A stretch of DNA of 63,741 nucleotides, counting the filler, from Ferroacidibacillus organovorans (GTDB lineage: Bacteria; Bacillota; Bacilli; Alicyclobacillales; SLC66): the NCBI RefSeq assembly GCF_001642725.1. It is 4 parts of 4 records of this genome, joined end to end, with 100 filler letters (N's around TTAATTAATTAA, not from the genome) between each part and the next. Parts side by side here need not be neighbours in the genome. Positions count along the whole stretch, not along the records: positions 1 to 17,043 come from NZ_LSUQ01000058.1; 3 more parts are not named here. One strand, given 5' to 3'. The translations under genes and the position numbers were made by a program. Positions 1-10,298 of the stretch are shown in pieces; the first letter of the stretch is position 1, and every line of letters starts with the position of its first letter. The notes beneath the pieces are model-generated. The model saw only the letters and a program-made list of their open reading frames with translations. It ran no database searches and was not told the origin of the DNA.

Positions 1-2
1 AT

Positions 3-836
3 CGGGCATACCGCGCGTTTGCGCCGATTTATCGCCACCTGGGACGCGCGCAAGAGGCCGCTCAATTCGGCGCGCGTGCGGCGCGCCTGCGAAAAAACTT
101 TCACGACGCGTTCTGGATCGAGGAAAAGGGGATTGTCGCGCACGCCTTGGATGGACAGAAAAAACGTGTGGAAACCGCAGCCTCCAATATGGGGCACGTC
201 CTTTTTGGCGGCATTCTCGATCGCGACAAAGCGCAAAAGGTGGCAGCTCGCCTACTCTCTGACGATATGTTCTCAGGATTTGGCATCCGTACGCTGTCAA
301 CGCGCGAGATCTCCTATAACCCGATCAGCTACCATAACGGGACCATCTGGCCGCACGACAACGCGATCATCATCGCAGGACTTGCAATCTACGGTTTTCA
401 CGAACCGCTCGCAAAAGCGGCGGGGGCGCTCAACCGCACCGCGGCGAAGATGGAGCATCATCGCTTGCCCGAACTTTTCGGCGGGCTCTCCTCCGATCTT
501 GTTCATCAGCCAGTGCCGTATCCCGTCTCTTGTTCGCCTCAGGCGTGGGCGGCCGCAACGCCTTGCATGGTTTTGCAAGCGTTGCTCGGGGCAAGGCCGG
601 ATGCGCTCACAGGAATTATCGAGCTGAACCCCGTCCTGCCAGAAGGCGTCGATGCACTAAGCATTGAAGGCATGCGCCTTGGTGAAGCGACGCTGAGCGT
701 GACGCTTGAGCGAAATGAACAGAACCAGACCCGCTATCGCGCGCAGCTTGAGGGTGGCGCGTGGAAGATCGGGACGATCCATTCTGAGAGGGGTGATGCG
801 GAAGAAGTAGACGTAAACGTTCATGGTGTGCAGTGA
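3..836 (+). CDS. amylo-alpha-1,6-glucosidase / glycogen debranching family protein, 5'-partial
   Basis: Frame is open from the window edge; motifs GIRTLS, YNPISYHNGTIWPHDN, LPELFGG, CSPQAWA. Confidence 0.9.
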   Translation, partial: RAYRAFAPIYRHLGRAQEAAQFGARAARLRKNFHDAFWIEEKGIVAHALDGQKKRVETAASNMGHVLFGGILDRDKAQKVAARLLSDDMFSGFGIRTLSTREISYNPISYHNGTIWPHDNAIIIAGLAIYGFHEPLAKAAGALNRTAAKMEHHRLPELFGGLSSDLVHQPVPYPVSCSPQAWAAATPCMVLQALLGARPDALTGIIELNPVLPEGVDALSIEGMRLGEATLSVTLERNEQNQTRYRAQLEGGAWKIGTIHSERGDAEEVDVNVHGVQ

Positions 837-871
837 GCAAATGCAGGTCAATTAGAGGAGGGTCAATTTAA

Positions 872-2140
872 ATGAAAAAAATGAACGCAAACAAGTGGTT
901 TGGCATCGCGGCAAGCGGCGCCCTTTTGGCTGGTTTGGTACAAGTTGCACCGTCTTTTGCGGCATCGCACAAAGCGGCACCGCGCAAAGCGGCACCGGTG
1001 ATCCATCTCACACTCGGTCAGTGGTCTTCTAGTCCCGCTGAGCACCAACTGGTTCTCAACCAAGTCGCGCTCTTTATGAAGGAAAACCCAGGCATCGATG
1101 TTTCGGTCCGCGTGGTGACGGGAAACTACCTACAAGTTATGCAACCTATGCTCGCATCCCATACTGCGCCAGACGTTTTTTATGTCGACTCTTCGTACGC
1201 CCCACAACTCGCGGCATCGGGCGTCATCATGCCACTCAATCACCTCATTGCGCAGGATCATGTCGCAGTAAAAGACTTCTATCCAAACCTCGTCAAAGCG
1301 TTCACATACCGCGGTACGATCTATGGTTTGCCAAAAGACTTCAACACGCTTGCGCTTGAGTCAAATCCTGTGTTGCTTGCAAAAGCCGGAATCAAAACGC
1401 CGCCTGCGACATGGGCGCAATTCGCAGCGGATGCCGCAAAGCTAAAAGCCAAGGGCATCGTGCCGATCTCTTTCCCCATCGACGTGGCGCGCTACTATCC
1501 ATTCATTCGCGACATGGGCGGCAGCTACTACAACACGAGCCGTGCCCTCGCGACGTTCCCGAACAAGAACAACTTTGCGGGTCTTAACTGGTTCATGCAG
1601 ATGAACGAGAAAGGCTATTTTGTCAATCCGACCCTTCAGGGCGCGAGCTGGGGCGGCCAAGTGTTCGCAGAGGGACGCGCCGCGATGACCGCGGAAGGTG
1701 CTTGGATCGTGCCTTCGCAGCAATCGACTGCGCCTAAAATGAAATACAACATCACCAACTTCCCGACGCTAAACGGTCACGACTCGAACATGGTGTACAC
1801 CGTTGCGTATGAAATGGCGAAAGCCACCAAGTATCCGGCCGCTGCGGCAAAATTGCTGTTTTTCATGACAGGTCCGCAAGCGCTCGCGATGACCGCAAAA
1901 AGCGGAATTGCGATGCCTGCGCGCAAGAGCCAAGAGCCGCTGTTCTTAAAAGATTGGCCATCGTATAAAGCGTTTGTCAATGGCGTCAAAGACGCGTATC
2001 CATACCAGTTTGGCCTGTTAGGTCAAAACTTTGTCAACGCGATCAACAACGCGACGCAGGCTGGCATTCTCAAGCATCAGAGCGCGCAAACCGTGCTCGG
2101 AAACGCCGCCAGCACACTCAGCTCACAAAGCAACTACTAA
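872..2140 (+). CDS. carbohydrate ABC transporter substrate-binding protein
   Basis: Signal peptide; PDVFYVD and YGLPKDFNTLAL motifs; GAGGAGG RBS; followed by two permeases. Confidence 0.9.
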   Translation: MKKMNANKWFGIAASGALLAGLVQVAPSFAASHKAAPRKAAPVIHLTLGQWSSSPAEHQLVLNQVALFMKENPGIDVSVRVVTGNYLQVMQPMLASHTAPDVFYVDSSYAPQLAASGVIMPLNHLIAQDHVAVKDFYPNLVKAFTYRGTIYGLPKDFNTLALESNPVLLAKAGIKTPPATWAQFAADAAKLKAKGIVPISFPIDVARYYPFIRDMGGSYYNTSRALATFPNKNNFAGLNWFMQMNEKGYFVNPTLQGASWGGQVFAEGRAAMTAEGAWIVPSQQSTAPKMKYNITNFPTLNGHDSNMVYTVAYEMAKATKYPAAAAKLLFFMTGPQALAMTAKSGIAMPARKSQEPLFLKDWPSYKAFVNGVKDAYPYQFGLLGQNFVNAINNATQAGILKHQSAQTVLGNAASTLSSQSNY

Positions 2141-2213
2141 TCTGTCATCTCTCGCGTGCGTCTCGCGTCGATTCTGCGGGGCGCACGTGAAATTTTGAGG
2201 AGGGGGTTACACC

Positions 2214-3137
2214 GTGGGGGTGGAATTGGCGAAACTTCCGAAGATGAAACGTCGCCGCATCACGCGCAGTGCGGTCGATCAAGCGTTGGCTGGCTATCTT
2301 TTTGTTTTACCTGCGCTTGCTTCGCTCGTGATCTTTTTGTTGGGACCTATCATCTATTCCTTTTATATCAGCTTCCAACACTTCAACTATCTCGATCCGC
2401 AAGCGGCTACCTGGGCTGGACTTGACAACTATCTCCATCTCTTCGTTGATCCCGTCTTTTTGCAGGCGCTATGGAACACGTCTTTGTATACGCTTATCGT
2501 CGTTCCCGTACAAACCGCGCTCTCGCTGTTTCTCGCGCTGATCGTCGAGCGCATTCGCGGAAAAAGCTTTTTTCGCGTCGCCTATTATCTCCCTTCTGTC
2601 ACATCTTCTGTCGCTGTCAGCGTGATGTTTGTTTTTATCTTTGGACAGACGGGCCTTTTAAACAACTTTCTTTCTATTTTTGGGATTCAGGGGCCAAACT
2701 GGTTGAACAATCCGTCGACGGCGCTTCTCGCCGTGATGATGATCGGTGTGTGGACGACGGTCGGACAGTTTATGATCATCTATCTGTCGGGGTTACAATC
2801 GATTCCTGAAGACGTCTATGAAGCGGCGTCGATCGACGGCGCCGGGGGCGTGTCAATGCTTCGCTATATCACTGTTCCGCTCCTGAGGCGGACGACGTTT
2901 CTGATCGTGGTCATGGGAATGATTGGTACCTTTCAGTTGTTTGACACGGTCGATGTTATCTCAAACGGACAGGGCGGCCCGATTGGCAGCACGATGACCG
3001 TGGTGCTCGACATCTTTAACAAGGCGTTCCGGGATATGGCCATGGGCTACGCGGCTGCGATGTCGTTCTTCCTTTTTGTCATTATTCTTATCCTGACACT
3101 GATTCAGAATTTCGTGCTCGGGAGGGAGAATCAATGA
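2214..3137 (+). CDS. carbohydrate ABC transporter permease (MalF-like)
   Basis: Multiple TM segments; EAA loop YEAASIDGA. Confidence 0.92.
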   Translation: MGVELAKLPKMKRRRITRSAVDQALAGYLFVLPALASLVIFLLGPIIYSFYISFQHFNYLDPQAATWAGLDNYLHLFVDPVFLQALWNTSLYTLIVVPVQTALSLFLALIVERIRGKSFFRVAYYLPSVTSSVAVSVMFVFIFGQTGLLNNFLSIFGIQGPNWLNNPSTALLAVMMIGVWTTVGQFMIIYLSGLQSIPEDVYEAASIDGAGGVSMLRYITVPLLRRTTFLIVVMGMIGTFQLFDTVDVISNGQGGPIGSTMTVVLDIFNKAFRDMAMGYAAAMSFFLFVIILILTLIQNFVLGRENQ

Positions 3138-3970
3138 TGAAGACGCTAAAGGAAAAGAAAAGGATGGGGATTGGCGCCATTCTGTTTTATGTGGTGGCCA
3201 TCGGTTATGTTTTTGTCACGCTGTCTCCCTTTTTATGGTCGATCTATACGTCGCTAAAGCCCACCTCGGAAGTGTTTACGACATTTGTTCCGTGGAAGAC
3301 CTTGACCCTCAGCAATTACACGTACATCATGGGGCAGTTCCCGTTTGCGCGCTGGTTGCTCAATAGCTTGATTGTCGCTGTGCTTGTCACGCTCGGCAAT
3401 CTCGTCGTCAACACGCTTGCCGGGTACGCGTTTGCAAGGCTCAAGTTTCCGGCGCGCGGCTTTTTGTTCTATTGTTTTCTTGCGATCATGATGATCCCGG
3501 GACAGGTGCTGCTCGTGCCGATCTACATCATGCTTTCACAGATTGGTTGGATTGACACCTACCAAGGCTTGACCGTTCCTTTTCTCATGAACGCGTTCAT
3601 GATCTTTCTCGCTCGCCAGTTCTTTCTTGAGATGCCAAAGGATTTGGAAGAGGCGGGGCGGATCGACGGATTGTCCCACTGGGGCGTTTTTTTCCGGATC
3701 TATCTGCCGCTTGCGTCGCCGCTGCTCGCGGCGCAGACGATTCTCACATTTCAGGGAAACTGGAACTCGTTTCTCTGGCCGCTCATGCTTGAGACGAGAC
3801 AGCATATGTATACATTGCCTGTCGGGCTGAATTCGTTTTATGGTCAGTACAACGCTTACTGGAACAGCGTTTTGGCGGGATCGATCCTGCTTACCATCCC
3901 AATGGTCGTCGTGTTTCTCGTTTTTCAAAAACAGTTTATCAAAGGAATTGCAACGACCGGAATCAAGTAA
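3134..3970 (+). CDS. carbohydrate ABC transporter permease (MalG-like)
   Basis: AGYAFARLKFP and LEEAGRIDG motifs; ATGA overlap with the previous gene. Confidence 0.92.
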   Translation: MMKTLKEKKRMGIGAILFYVVAIGYVFVTLSPFLWSIYTSLKPTSEVFTTFVPWKTLTLSNYTYIMGQFPFARWLLNSLIVAVLVTLGNLVVNTLAGYAFARLKFPARGFLFYCFLAIMMIPGQVLLVPIYIMLSQIGWIDTYQGLTVPFLMNAFMIFLARQFFLEMPKDLEEAGRIDGLSHWGVFFRIYLPLASPLLAAQTILTFQGNWNSFLWPLMLETRQHMYTLPVGLNSFYGQYNAYWNSVLAGSILLTIPMVVVFLVFQKQFIKGIATTGIK

Positions 3971-4002
3971 CCGTGCGTCGATGAACCAGTATTCACGCCT
4001 GA

Positions 4003-4059
4003 TTTCGCATCATCTGAGGCTCACTCGCGCGAGTGAACTCAGGTGGTGCGAATTTTTTT
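4003..4059 (+). terminator. intrinsic terminator
   Basis: TTCGCATCATCTGAG...CTCAGGTGGTGCGAA stem followed by a T run. Confidence 0.75.
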
Positions 4060-4150
4060 ACATTAAAGCGACATCTTTATCCTTTCTTTAGATTTGCCTG
4101 CTACTTTGAGAAAGTGAAAACAGCAGAAAAGGACTGAATGGAGGACGAAC

Positions 4151-5086
4151 ATGGCAGAGCAGGCAGCCGTCACACTTCAGAACGTGACCAAACGCATCGG
4201 CGCAAAGACGCTGGTGGACAACCTCTCGTTTGAAATTCCCGCGGGGGAAGTATTCGGGTTTTTGGGACCGAATGGCGCGGGGAAGACGACGACGATTCGC
4301 ATGATGGTCGGACTGATCTCGATGACGCAGGGCAAGGTGCTCATCAAAGGGCACGACGTGGTGCGCGAGCATCGCGCGGCGCTCTCGCAAATCGGGTGTA
4401 TCGTCGAGAACCCGGAGTTGTACAAGTTTCTGACAGGGTATCAGAACCTTTTGCACATGGCGCGCATGACGCCTGGCACACCGCGCGCGCGCATTGATGC
4501 GGTCGTCGAGATGGTGGGCCTGCAAAAGCGGATTCACGAGAAGGTCAAGACGTATTCGCTCGGGATGCGCCAACGCCTGGGTCTTGCTCAGGCTTTGCTG
4601 CATCGTCCGTCCGTGCTCATTCTCGACGAACCGACAAACGGTCTTGACCCAGCTGGCATCCGCGAGTTGCGCGATATGCTGCGCCGCCTCGCGCGCGAAG
4701 AAGGAATGAGCGTGATCGTGTCGAGCCACTTGCTCTCGGAGATGGAACTGATGTGCGATCGCGTGGCGGTGATCGCGCAAGGGAAGCTTATCCACGTGGA
4801 GCGCGTGCAGGATCTGATGGCGATTGGCAATGAGGCGCAGGCGACGATCTTTGAAGTCGCGGACCCAGGCGCGGCGCTCTCCCATCTGCGGGAACATTTG
4901 AGCGAAACGTTTGAGATGGTCACAGAGAGTGCAAAAGCGATTCGCCTCACCTTGACGCGTGACCAGATTCCGCAGGTGATCGAGACGCTTGTGCTCGGAA
5001 AAATTCCTCTGTATGGCGTGCAGACACAAGGCAAAACGCTCGAAGATACCTTCTTGCAGATGACGGGAGATGGGGTCATTGCTTAA
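4151..5086 (+). CDS. ABC-2 type exporter ATP-binding protein (BcrA-like)
   Basis: GPNGAGKTT, YSLGMRQRL, ILDEPTNGLDP. Confidence 0.92.
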   Translation: MAEQAAVTLQNVTKRIGAKTLVDNLSFEIPAGEVFGFLGPNGAGKTTTIRMMVGLISMTQGKVLIKGHDVVREHRAALSQIGCIVENPELYKFLTGYQNLLHMARMTPGTPRARIDAVVEMVGLQKRIHEKVKTYSLGMRQRLGLAQALLHRPSVLILDEPTNGLDPAGIRELRDMLRRLAREEGMSVIVSSHLLSEMELMCDRVAVIAQGKLIHVERVQDLMAIGNEAQATIFEVADPGAALSHLREHLSETFEMVTESAKAIRLTLTRDQIPQVIETLVLGKIPLYGVQTQGKTLEDTFLQMTGDGVIA

Positions 5087-6026
5087 TCTGATTCAGAATG
5101 AGAACATGAAAATCTATCGCCGGATGCGCTCGTGGATTCTTGTGATCATCATGGTCGGCATCGTCATTCTGACGGGGACACTCATGAAAACGCATCAGGC
5201 GCCGATCCCTGCAAATTGGAAATCATCCTTGACGATTAGCGATCAGTCGCTGAAAAATGCTGTGACGAGTCCGAATATGCCTGCACGCGTCAAGAGCACG
5301 CTTGAATTGACACTCAAGAAAAACGAATATGCGATTGCGCACAACATCGCGCCGAGCGCAACGACGGCCTGGGGCTTTGCGACGACGATTGAGCAGCGTG
5401 CGATCGGTGTTCTCATCTCCGTTTTTGTCGCCATCGTGGCGGGAGATATCGTGGCGGGGGAATTCTCGACAGGGACGATCAAACTGCTATTGACGCGACC
5501 GCAGAGTCGCGGGCGGATCCTTCTCTCGAAGTACATTGCCACGCTGCTCTTCTCCTTATTTTTAATCGCGGTTACCATGGTCGCGTCGCTCGTCGTCGGG
5601 GGGATTCTCTTTGGCTTTGGCGGTGTCGACCAACCGTATTTGTACCAAGCGGCAAGCGGTGCGATTCAACAGGTCAACATGGTCGCTTATCTGTTCATCA
5701 ATTACGGGTATAACAGCATCACGATGATCATGATTGCCACGATTGCCTTTATGATCTCGACCATTTTTCGCAGCAGCGCCGTGGCGATCGCCATCTCCAT
5801 TTTGTCGCTCTTCATCGGAAATACGCTGGTGTTTGTGCTGAGTTCGTATTCGTGGGATCGCTACATCCTGTTTGCGAACACCGATCTCTCACAGTATCAG
5901 TTCGGCACACCTGTTCTATCAGGCATGACGCTTGGATTCTCGATCACCATGCTCGTCCTTTACTTTGTCGTGATGAACGCCCTCTCGTGGTATCTTTTTA
6001 GAAAGCGTGATGTATCGCTCACGTAA
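5070..6026 (+). CDS. ABC-2 type exporter permease
   Basis: EFSTGTIKLLLTRP motif; TM helices; C-terminal FRKRDV; exact start uncertain. Confidence 0.88.
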   Translation: MGSLLNLIQNENMKIYRRMRSWILVIIMVGIVILTGTLMKTHQAPIPANWKSSLTISDQSLKNAVTSPNMPARVKSTLELTLKKNEYAIAHNIAPSATTAWGFATTIEQRAIGVLISVFVAIVAGDIVAGEFSTGTIKLLLTRPQSRGRILLSKYIATLLFSLFLIAVTMVASLVVGGILFGFGGVDQPYLYQAASGAIQQVNMVAYLFINYGYNSITMIMIATIAFMISTIFRSSAVAIAISILSLFIGNTLVFVLSSYSWDRYILFANTDLSQYQFGTPVLSGMTLGFSITMLVLYFVVMNALSWYLFRKRDVSLT

Positions 6027-6056
6027 TCCCTGAAGTTTGTCGACTGGGGGAATCTG

Positions 6057-6782
6057 ATGCAGGAACATATTCTTGTCGTGGACGATGAACCGGAGATTTG
6101 CATGTTTCTAAAGGAAGTCCTGGAACGCGTCGGGTATCAGGTGGAAACGGCGCATTGCGGCGACGAAGCGATCGCTCGTGTCAAGACGGGTCCGCAGCCG
6201 GATTTGATCGTGCTCGACGTGATGATGCCAAGGATGAATGGCTTTGAAGTGTGCGAACAATTGAGGCGGTTGGTCAACTGTCCGATTCTGTTTTTAAGCG
6301 CACGCGATCAGGAGGCGGATCGCGTGCGCGGACTCATCGTCGGGGCCGATGATTATCTCGTCAAACCGTTTAGCGTCAAGGAGCTTCGTGCGCGCGTGCA
6401 CGCTCATTTGCGCCGAGAAACGCGGGCGCGGGCGGATGACGGCCCGCGCCTGATTCGCGCCGGGGCACTGTCGATCGATTCGCAGGGAGGCGTCGTCGCG
6501 GTGAAAGGTGAGCGGGTTCCGTTTACGCAGCGTGAGTTTGCGATTCTCATGTTCCTAGTATCACACCAAGGGCAGGTGCTCTCAAGAGAACAGATTTATG
6601 ACACAGTGTGGGGGATGGAAGCACAAGGCGATGCGGCTACAGTGACGGAACACATCAAAAAGATTCGCGCAAAACTCGCCGTCTTTGATACGGAGCGATC
6701 GTATATCAGTACAGTATGGGGTGTGGGGTATAAGTGGGAGAGGGAAAACGGAGAATTCGCCACTCGATCCGAAAGCAGATGA
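6057..6782 (+). CDS. OmpR-family response regulator
   Basis: ILVVDDE, LDVMMP, GADDYLVKPF, TVWGVGY. Confidence 0.93.
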   Translation: MQEHILVVDDEPEICMFLKEVLERVGYQVETAHCGDEAIARVKTGPQPDLIVLDVMMPRMNGFEVCEQLRRLVNCPILFLSARDQEADRVRGLIVGADDYLVKPFSVKELRARVHAHLRRETRARADDGPRLIRAGALSIDSQGGVVAVKGERVPFTQREFAILMFLVSHQGQVLSREQIYDTVWGMEAQGDAATVTEHIKKIRAKLAVFDTERSYISTVWGVGYKWERENGEFATRSESR

Positions 6783-8239
6783 TCCTGAGTGTGATTCTGA
6801 TCGGCGTGTGCAGTTTTGCGGCGACCCTCGCCACCTATATCCTCGCAGCCCATTTGGGCGTTTTCGCGGGACAACAACGGGTGATGCAAAAAGGCGCAAA
6901 ACTGGAGGCGCTCGTTCGCGTGCAAGGCGCTGCTGTGCTGAATCGCCGCTCAGAAAGGAGTCTGACAAAGGCGTTTCCGCGAACGCTTGGCGTCTATGAA
7001 GTGATGCGTCCTGATGGAACGCCGCTTTATGGCAGTGAGACGCACAGGTTGTACGACTCTGCCCAAAGCGTCGCGCGGAATTTGAACATCGAGAATGTGC
7101 AACCTGTGCGCGGGATGATCGGCGGGACCGTGACGAGGCTCACGCCTGTGCTTGGGGCAAGCGGGGCGCTTGTCGGCGCGGTGTATTATGCCTTTTCGTT
7201 CCATCCGTTTGGCGGGAACACGGATTTTTTTCGGGTTTCACTCGTCATTGTAATGCTCATGACTCCCTTTTTCTTCATTGGACTCTTTACGTACCTCTTT
7301 TCACGCAGGTTGAGTCGAAAGGTCAATGGTCCCGTGCAGGCGTTGATGAGGGCGATCCAAAAGATTCAAGCGCGCGATCTCGATTTTGTCGTTGAAGAGA
7401 AAAGCGACAATGAATTGGGTGATTTGCTTGAAGCGTTTGAAAAGATGCGCCAAGACCTCAAAGAAGCGCTTTTGCGTCAGTGGGCGCTCGAAGAGGAGCG
7501 GCGGGAACTCTTGGCGGCGATTTCGCACGATGTGCGCACGCCACTCACGATGATCCGCGGTCACGCAGAATTGCTGGATGAGATGGATGAACTACCGTCA
7601 ACTGCGGCGCGCTACGCAGAGACGATTTTGCGCAATGTCGATCGCGTGACGCATTTGATGAGTGATTTCCACACGGTGGCGGAGCTGGAGCGCGGGCAGT
7701 TTGCGATTCGGCCGCGACTCGTTGCGCTGCGTGAGTTTCTTGGCGCGAAAGTCGTTGAGTATCAAACGTGGGCGGCGGCGGCAGATGTGATTCGTGTCGA
7801 TCTGAGCTATGGTGACGTGCCAGGTGGCGTGAACGCGGTTGATGAGAGTGAGCTTTTGTCGAGAGGTGGCACTGGGTTGATCATGATGGATCCGGATCGA
7901 TTCGCGCAGATTCTGGATAATTTGATCGCGAATGCGCTGCGCTTCACGCCGCGCCACGGTCAGATTCACTTGAGCGTTGAGCAACGTGAGGATGGCTTGT
8001 CTGTGCGCGTGCAGGATTCTGGCCGCGGCTTTATGGCAGGTGATGAGAGTAAAGTGTTTCGCAAATTTTATCAGAGCGACCCTTCGCGCACGGAGGGAGA
8101 GCATCATCGCGGACTCGGGCTCTATATCGTAAAGACGCTTGTCGAGGCGTGTGGCGGAACGATTGCCGCGAGGAATGCTCCGACGGGCGGTGCGATTGTG
8201 GAGTTTTTCTTGCCGGTGTCACCTAGTAGTGGACCCTGA
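6734..8239 (+). CDS. HAMP-domain sensor histidine kinase
   Basis: ISHDVRTPLT H-box, NLIANALRF N-box, DSGRG and GLGLYIV G-boxes. Confidence 0.92.
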   Translation: MGEGKRRIRHSIRKQMILSVILIGVCSFAATLATYILAAHLGVFAGQQRVMQKGAKLEALVRVQGAAVLNRRSERSLTKAFPRTLGVYEVMRPDGTPLYGSETHRLYDSAQSVARNLNIENVQPVRGMIGGTVTRLTPVLGASGALVGAVYYAFSFHPFGGNTDFFRVSLVIVMLMTPFFFIGLFTYLFSRRLSRKVNGPVQALMRAIQKIQARDLDFVVEEKSDNELGDLLEAFEKMRQDLKEALLRQWALEEERRELLAAISHDVRTPLTMIRGHAELLDEMDELPSTAARYAETILRNVDRVTHLMSDFHTVAELERGQFAIRPRLVALREFLGAKVVEYQTWAAAADVIRVDLSYGDVPGGVNAVDESELLSRGGTGLIMMDPDRFAQILDNLIANALRFTPRHGQIHLSVEQREDGLSVRVQDSGRGFMAGDESKVFRKFYQSDPSRTEGEHHRGLGLYIVKTLVEACGGTIAARNAPTGGAIVEFFLPVSPSSGP

Positions 8240-8295
8240 TGATCTCAGGTCGGATGGATTATGCATATTTAATACAACTTCTAAAAATAATGTTG

Positions 8296-8356
8296 TTGAC
8301 AATAAGTAAGTGATTGTAGTAAAGTGAACCCATGATCAGTAACTTGTAAAAAGTTA
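8296..8356 (+). promoter_or_regulatory. sigmaA-like promoter with TAACT-N7-AGTTA operator-like palindrome
   Basis: TTGACA 8296-8301; TAAAGT 8320-8325; inverted repeat 8340-8356. A MarR/DUF24-type repressor site is an inference. Confidence 0.5.
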
Positions 8357-8380
8357 GATGATATCAAGGGGGAAGCGAAA

Positions 8381-8761
8381 TTGAATACAGGTCTTCTTAT
8401 CATTCGTCTTGTCATTGGGCTCACCTTTGCAGGGCACGCAACACAAAAATTGTTCGGTTGGTTTGGCGGGTACGGACTCAAAGGGACGGGCGGTTGGTTA
8501 GAGTCCATCGGACTGAAACCGGGATACCTTATGGCACTTCTTGCGGGTCTCGCCGAACTGGCGGGTGGATTGCTTTTTGCCTCCGGAATCTGGTTCCCTG
8601 TCGGTTCAGCTTTGATCATCCTGACCATGCTTATCGCCATCGTCACAGTTCACGGCAAAAATGGCTACTGGGTGACGCAAAACGGTATTGAGTACAATGT
8701 CGCGCTTATCGCGATTTCGCTCGGTCTCGCGCTTGTGGGGCCCGGCTCGCTTGTTCTTTAA
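8381..8761 (+). CDS. DoxX family membrane protein (CatD/MhqP-like)
   Basis: HATQKLFGWFGGYG and NGIEYN motifs; TTG start. Confidence 0.88.
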   Translation: MNTGLLIIRLVIGLTFAGHATQKLFGWFGGYGLKGTGGWLESIGLKPGYLMALLAGLAELAGGLLFASGIWFPVGSALIILTMLIAIVTVHGKNGYWVTQNGIEYNVALIAISLGLALVGPGSLVL

Positions 8762-8797
8762 AGAATAAAGAAGATTGATCCAATCAAGAGGTACACC

Positions 8798-8828
8798 AGG
8801 CTGTGCGCAGTGGCGCACAGCCTATTTC
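8798..8828 (+). terminator. intrinsic terminator
   Basis: AGGCTGTGCGC-AGTG-GCGCACAGCCT perfect hairpin. Confidence 0.7.
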
Positions 8829-8944
8829 ACTTTATACCAATGAATCCATAATTTGAGGGTACAAACTTTTGCGTTGTCCACGTATAATTGCGCTCATGTT
8901 CGAATTTAGTCAGCACACGCTGAATCAGCACACGCGTAGGACAA

Positions 8945-9062
8945 CACGCTGAATCTGCACGCGTGCAGTACGGGGGATCTGAGTCCGCAAGGACGTGGGG
9001 TGAATCGCCGTCAGGCGTAGGGTTGCTCTCGACCCGAACCCGTCAACTAACCTCGGAAGCGA
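8945..9062 (+). ncRNA. c-di-AMP (ydaO/yuaA) riboswitch
   Basis: Conserved blocks CGCTGAATC, GTACGGGGGA, TGGGGTGAATC, TAGGG...CCCGAACCCGTCAACTAACCTCGGAAGCG; upstream of a cell-wall hydrolase, a typical target. Confidence 0.88.
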
Positions 9063-9077
9063 AAGGGAGGTTTTATA

Positions 9078-9968
9078 ATGAATAAGAAATTATGGGCATT
9101 TTCAACGCTCGCTACGATCGCGCTTGGTGCATCCAGCTTAGCGCCCGCATTCGCCGCAACGGTCACGGTTCAATCAGGCCAGTCGCTCTGGTCAATCTCG
9201 CAGCAACAACACGTGACGCTCACAGGTCTTGAACAAGCGAACCCATCCATCAATCCAGCCAATCTGCTCATCGGTACGGTGTTACAGCTTCCACAAGGTA
9301 CGTTATCTTCATCTTCCAATACCTATACGGTACAATCTGGAGACACCTTTTGGACGATCGCATACGCGCATCACGTGTCACTGTCAGCACTTATCGCGGC
9401 GAATCCGAACGTCCAGGCGAACAATCTGCTGATCGGCAGCACGCTCGCACTTCCGGCAGGGGCACAAGTCGCTACGCAGCAGACAACATCGGCAGCCACC
9501 TCCACAGGCGTCGGAACGGCAGCGACGCAACCCGCAGCAGGCAAGAGTGTGTCGTCCTCTGCGCCGACCACGGCGAGTGGAGCGCAAAGCGGTTACACCG
9601 CATCCGATCTGTACTGGATGGAGCGGGTGATTCACGCAGAGGCGCAGGGCGAGCCGCTCGCGGCGCAAATCGCAGTGGGTGACGTCGTTCTCCATCGCAT
9701 GGAACAACCAAACGGGCCAACGTCAGTGCAGGGTGTCGTTTTTCAAGTGATCAATGGGCACTACCAATTCACGTGTGTGCCTCAAGGCACCATTTATCAG
9801 GCGCCTGACGCGACAAGCGTCACGGCGGCGCTCGATGTCCTGCAAAGCCATCAAGACGTGGTTCCCGGGGCGCTCGTGTTTTACAACCCGGCACAGACAC
9901 CTGCCTCGAGTTGGGTGCGGCAACAACCGTATCTTGCTTCGATCGGCAACTTTGTATTCGCAAAATAA
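9078..9968 (+). CDS. LysM x2 plus cell wall hydrolase (Hydrolase_2/SleB-like) protein
   Basis: Signal peptide; two LysM repeats; IHAEAQGE, YQFT, FYNP, IGNFVFAK. Confidence 0.9.
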   Translation: MNKKLWAFSTLATIALGASSLAPAFAATVTVQSGQSLWSISQQQHVTLTGLEQANPSINPANLLIGTVLQLPQGTLSSSSNTYTVQSGDTFWTIAYAHHVSLSALIAANPNVQANNLLIGSTLALPAGAQVATQQTTSAATSTGVGTAATQPAAGKSVSSSAPTTASGAQSGYTASDLYWMERVIHAEAQGEPLAAQIAVGDVVLHRMEQPNGPTSVQGVVFQVINGHYQFTCVPQGTIYQAPDATSVTAALDVLQSHQDVVPGALVFYNPAQTPASSWVRQQPYLASIGNFVFAK

Positions 9969-9998
9969 GAGATCATCGTGTGATTCATTCGCTGAATG

Positions 9999-10030
9999 AG
10001 AAGGCCTTGCGCATCGCGCAGGGTCTTTTC
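9999..10030 (+). terminator. intrinsic terminator
   Basis: GAAGGCCTTGCGC...GCGCAGGGTCTTTTC. Confidence 0.7.
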
Positions 10031-10298
10031 GTCATTCTAGAGGGGGTCTGAATGGATGATGCGGTCATGTCAAATGGATGATTTGATAATCGTCGGAATG
10101 GATCTTGCAAGTTTATGAACGAATTGTAACGGAATGTCGAGAATCGAAGGACATCGCGTTTAAAACGCGACGTTAAGGGGGGAAAACGTGTTAGTGTATG
10201 GAGCGAAGTGGTGAATTGCGATGAAGTTAAGACAACCTACATCGCGCAAAGATTAGGTTGCGCCACTTGTTTTATCAAGCAAGAGAGGAGGAGTTTAT

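Noticed and set aside
4088..5029. Long antisense and alternate-frame ORFs (also 55440-56243, 59714-60496, 61521-62594)
   Set aside because: They are shadows of well-supported genes in GC-rich DNA and show no motifs.
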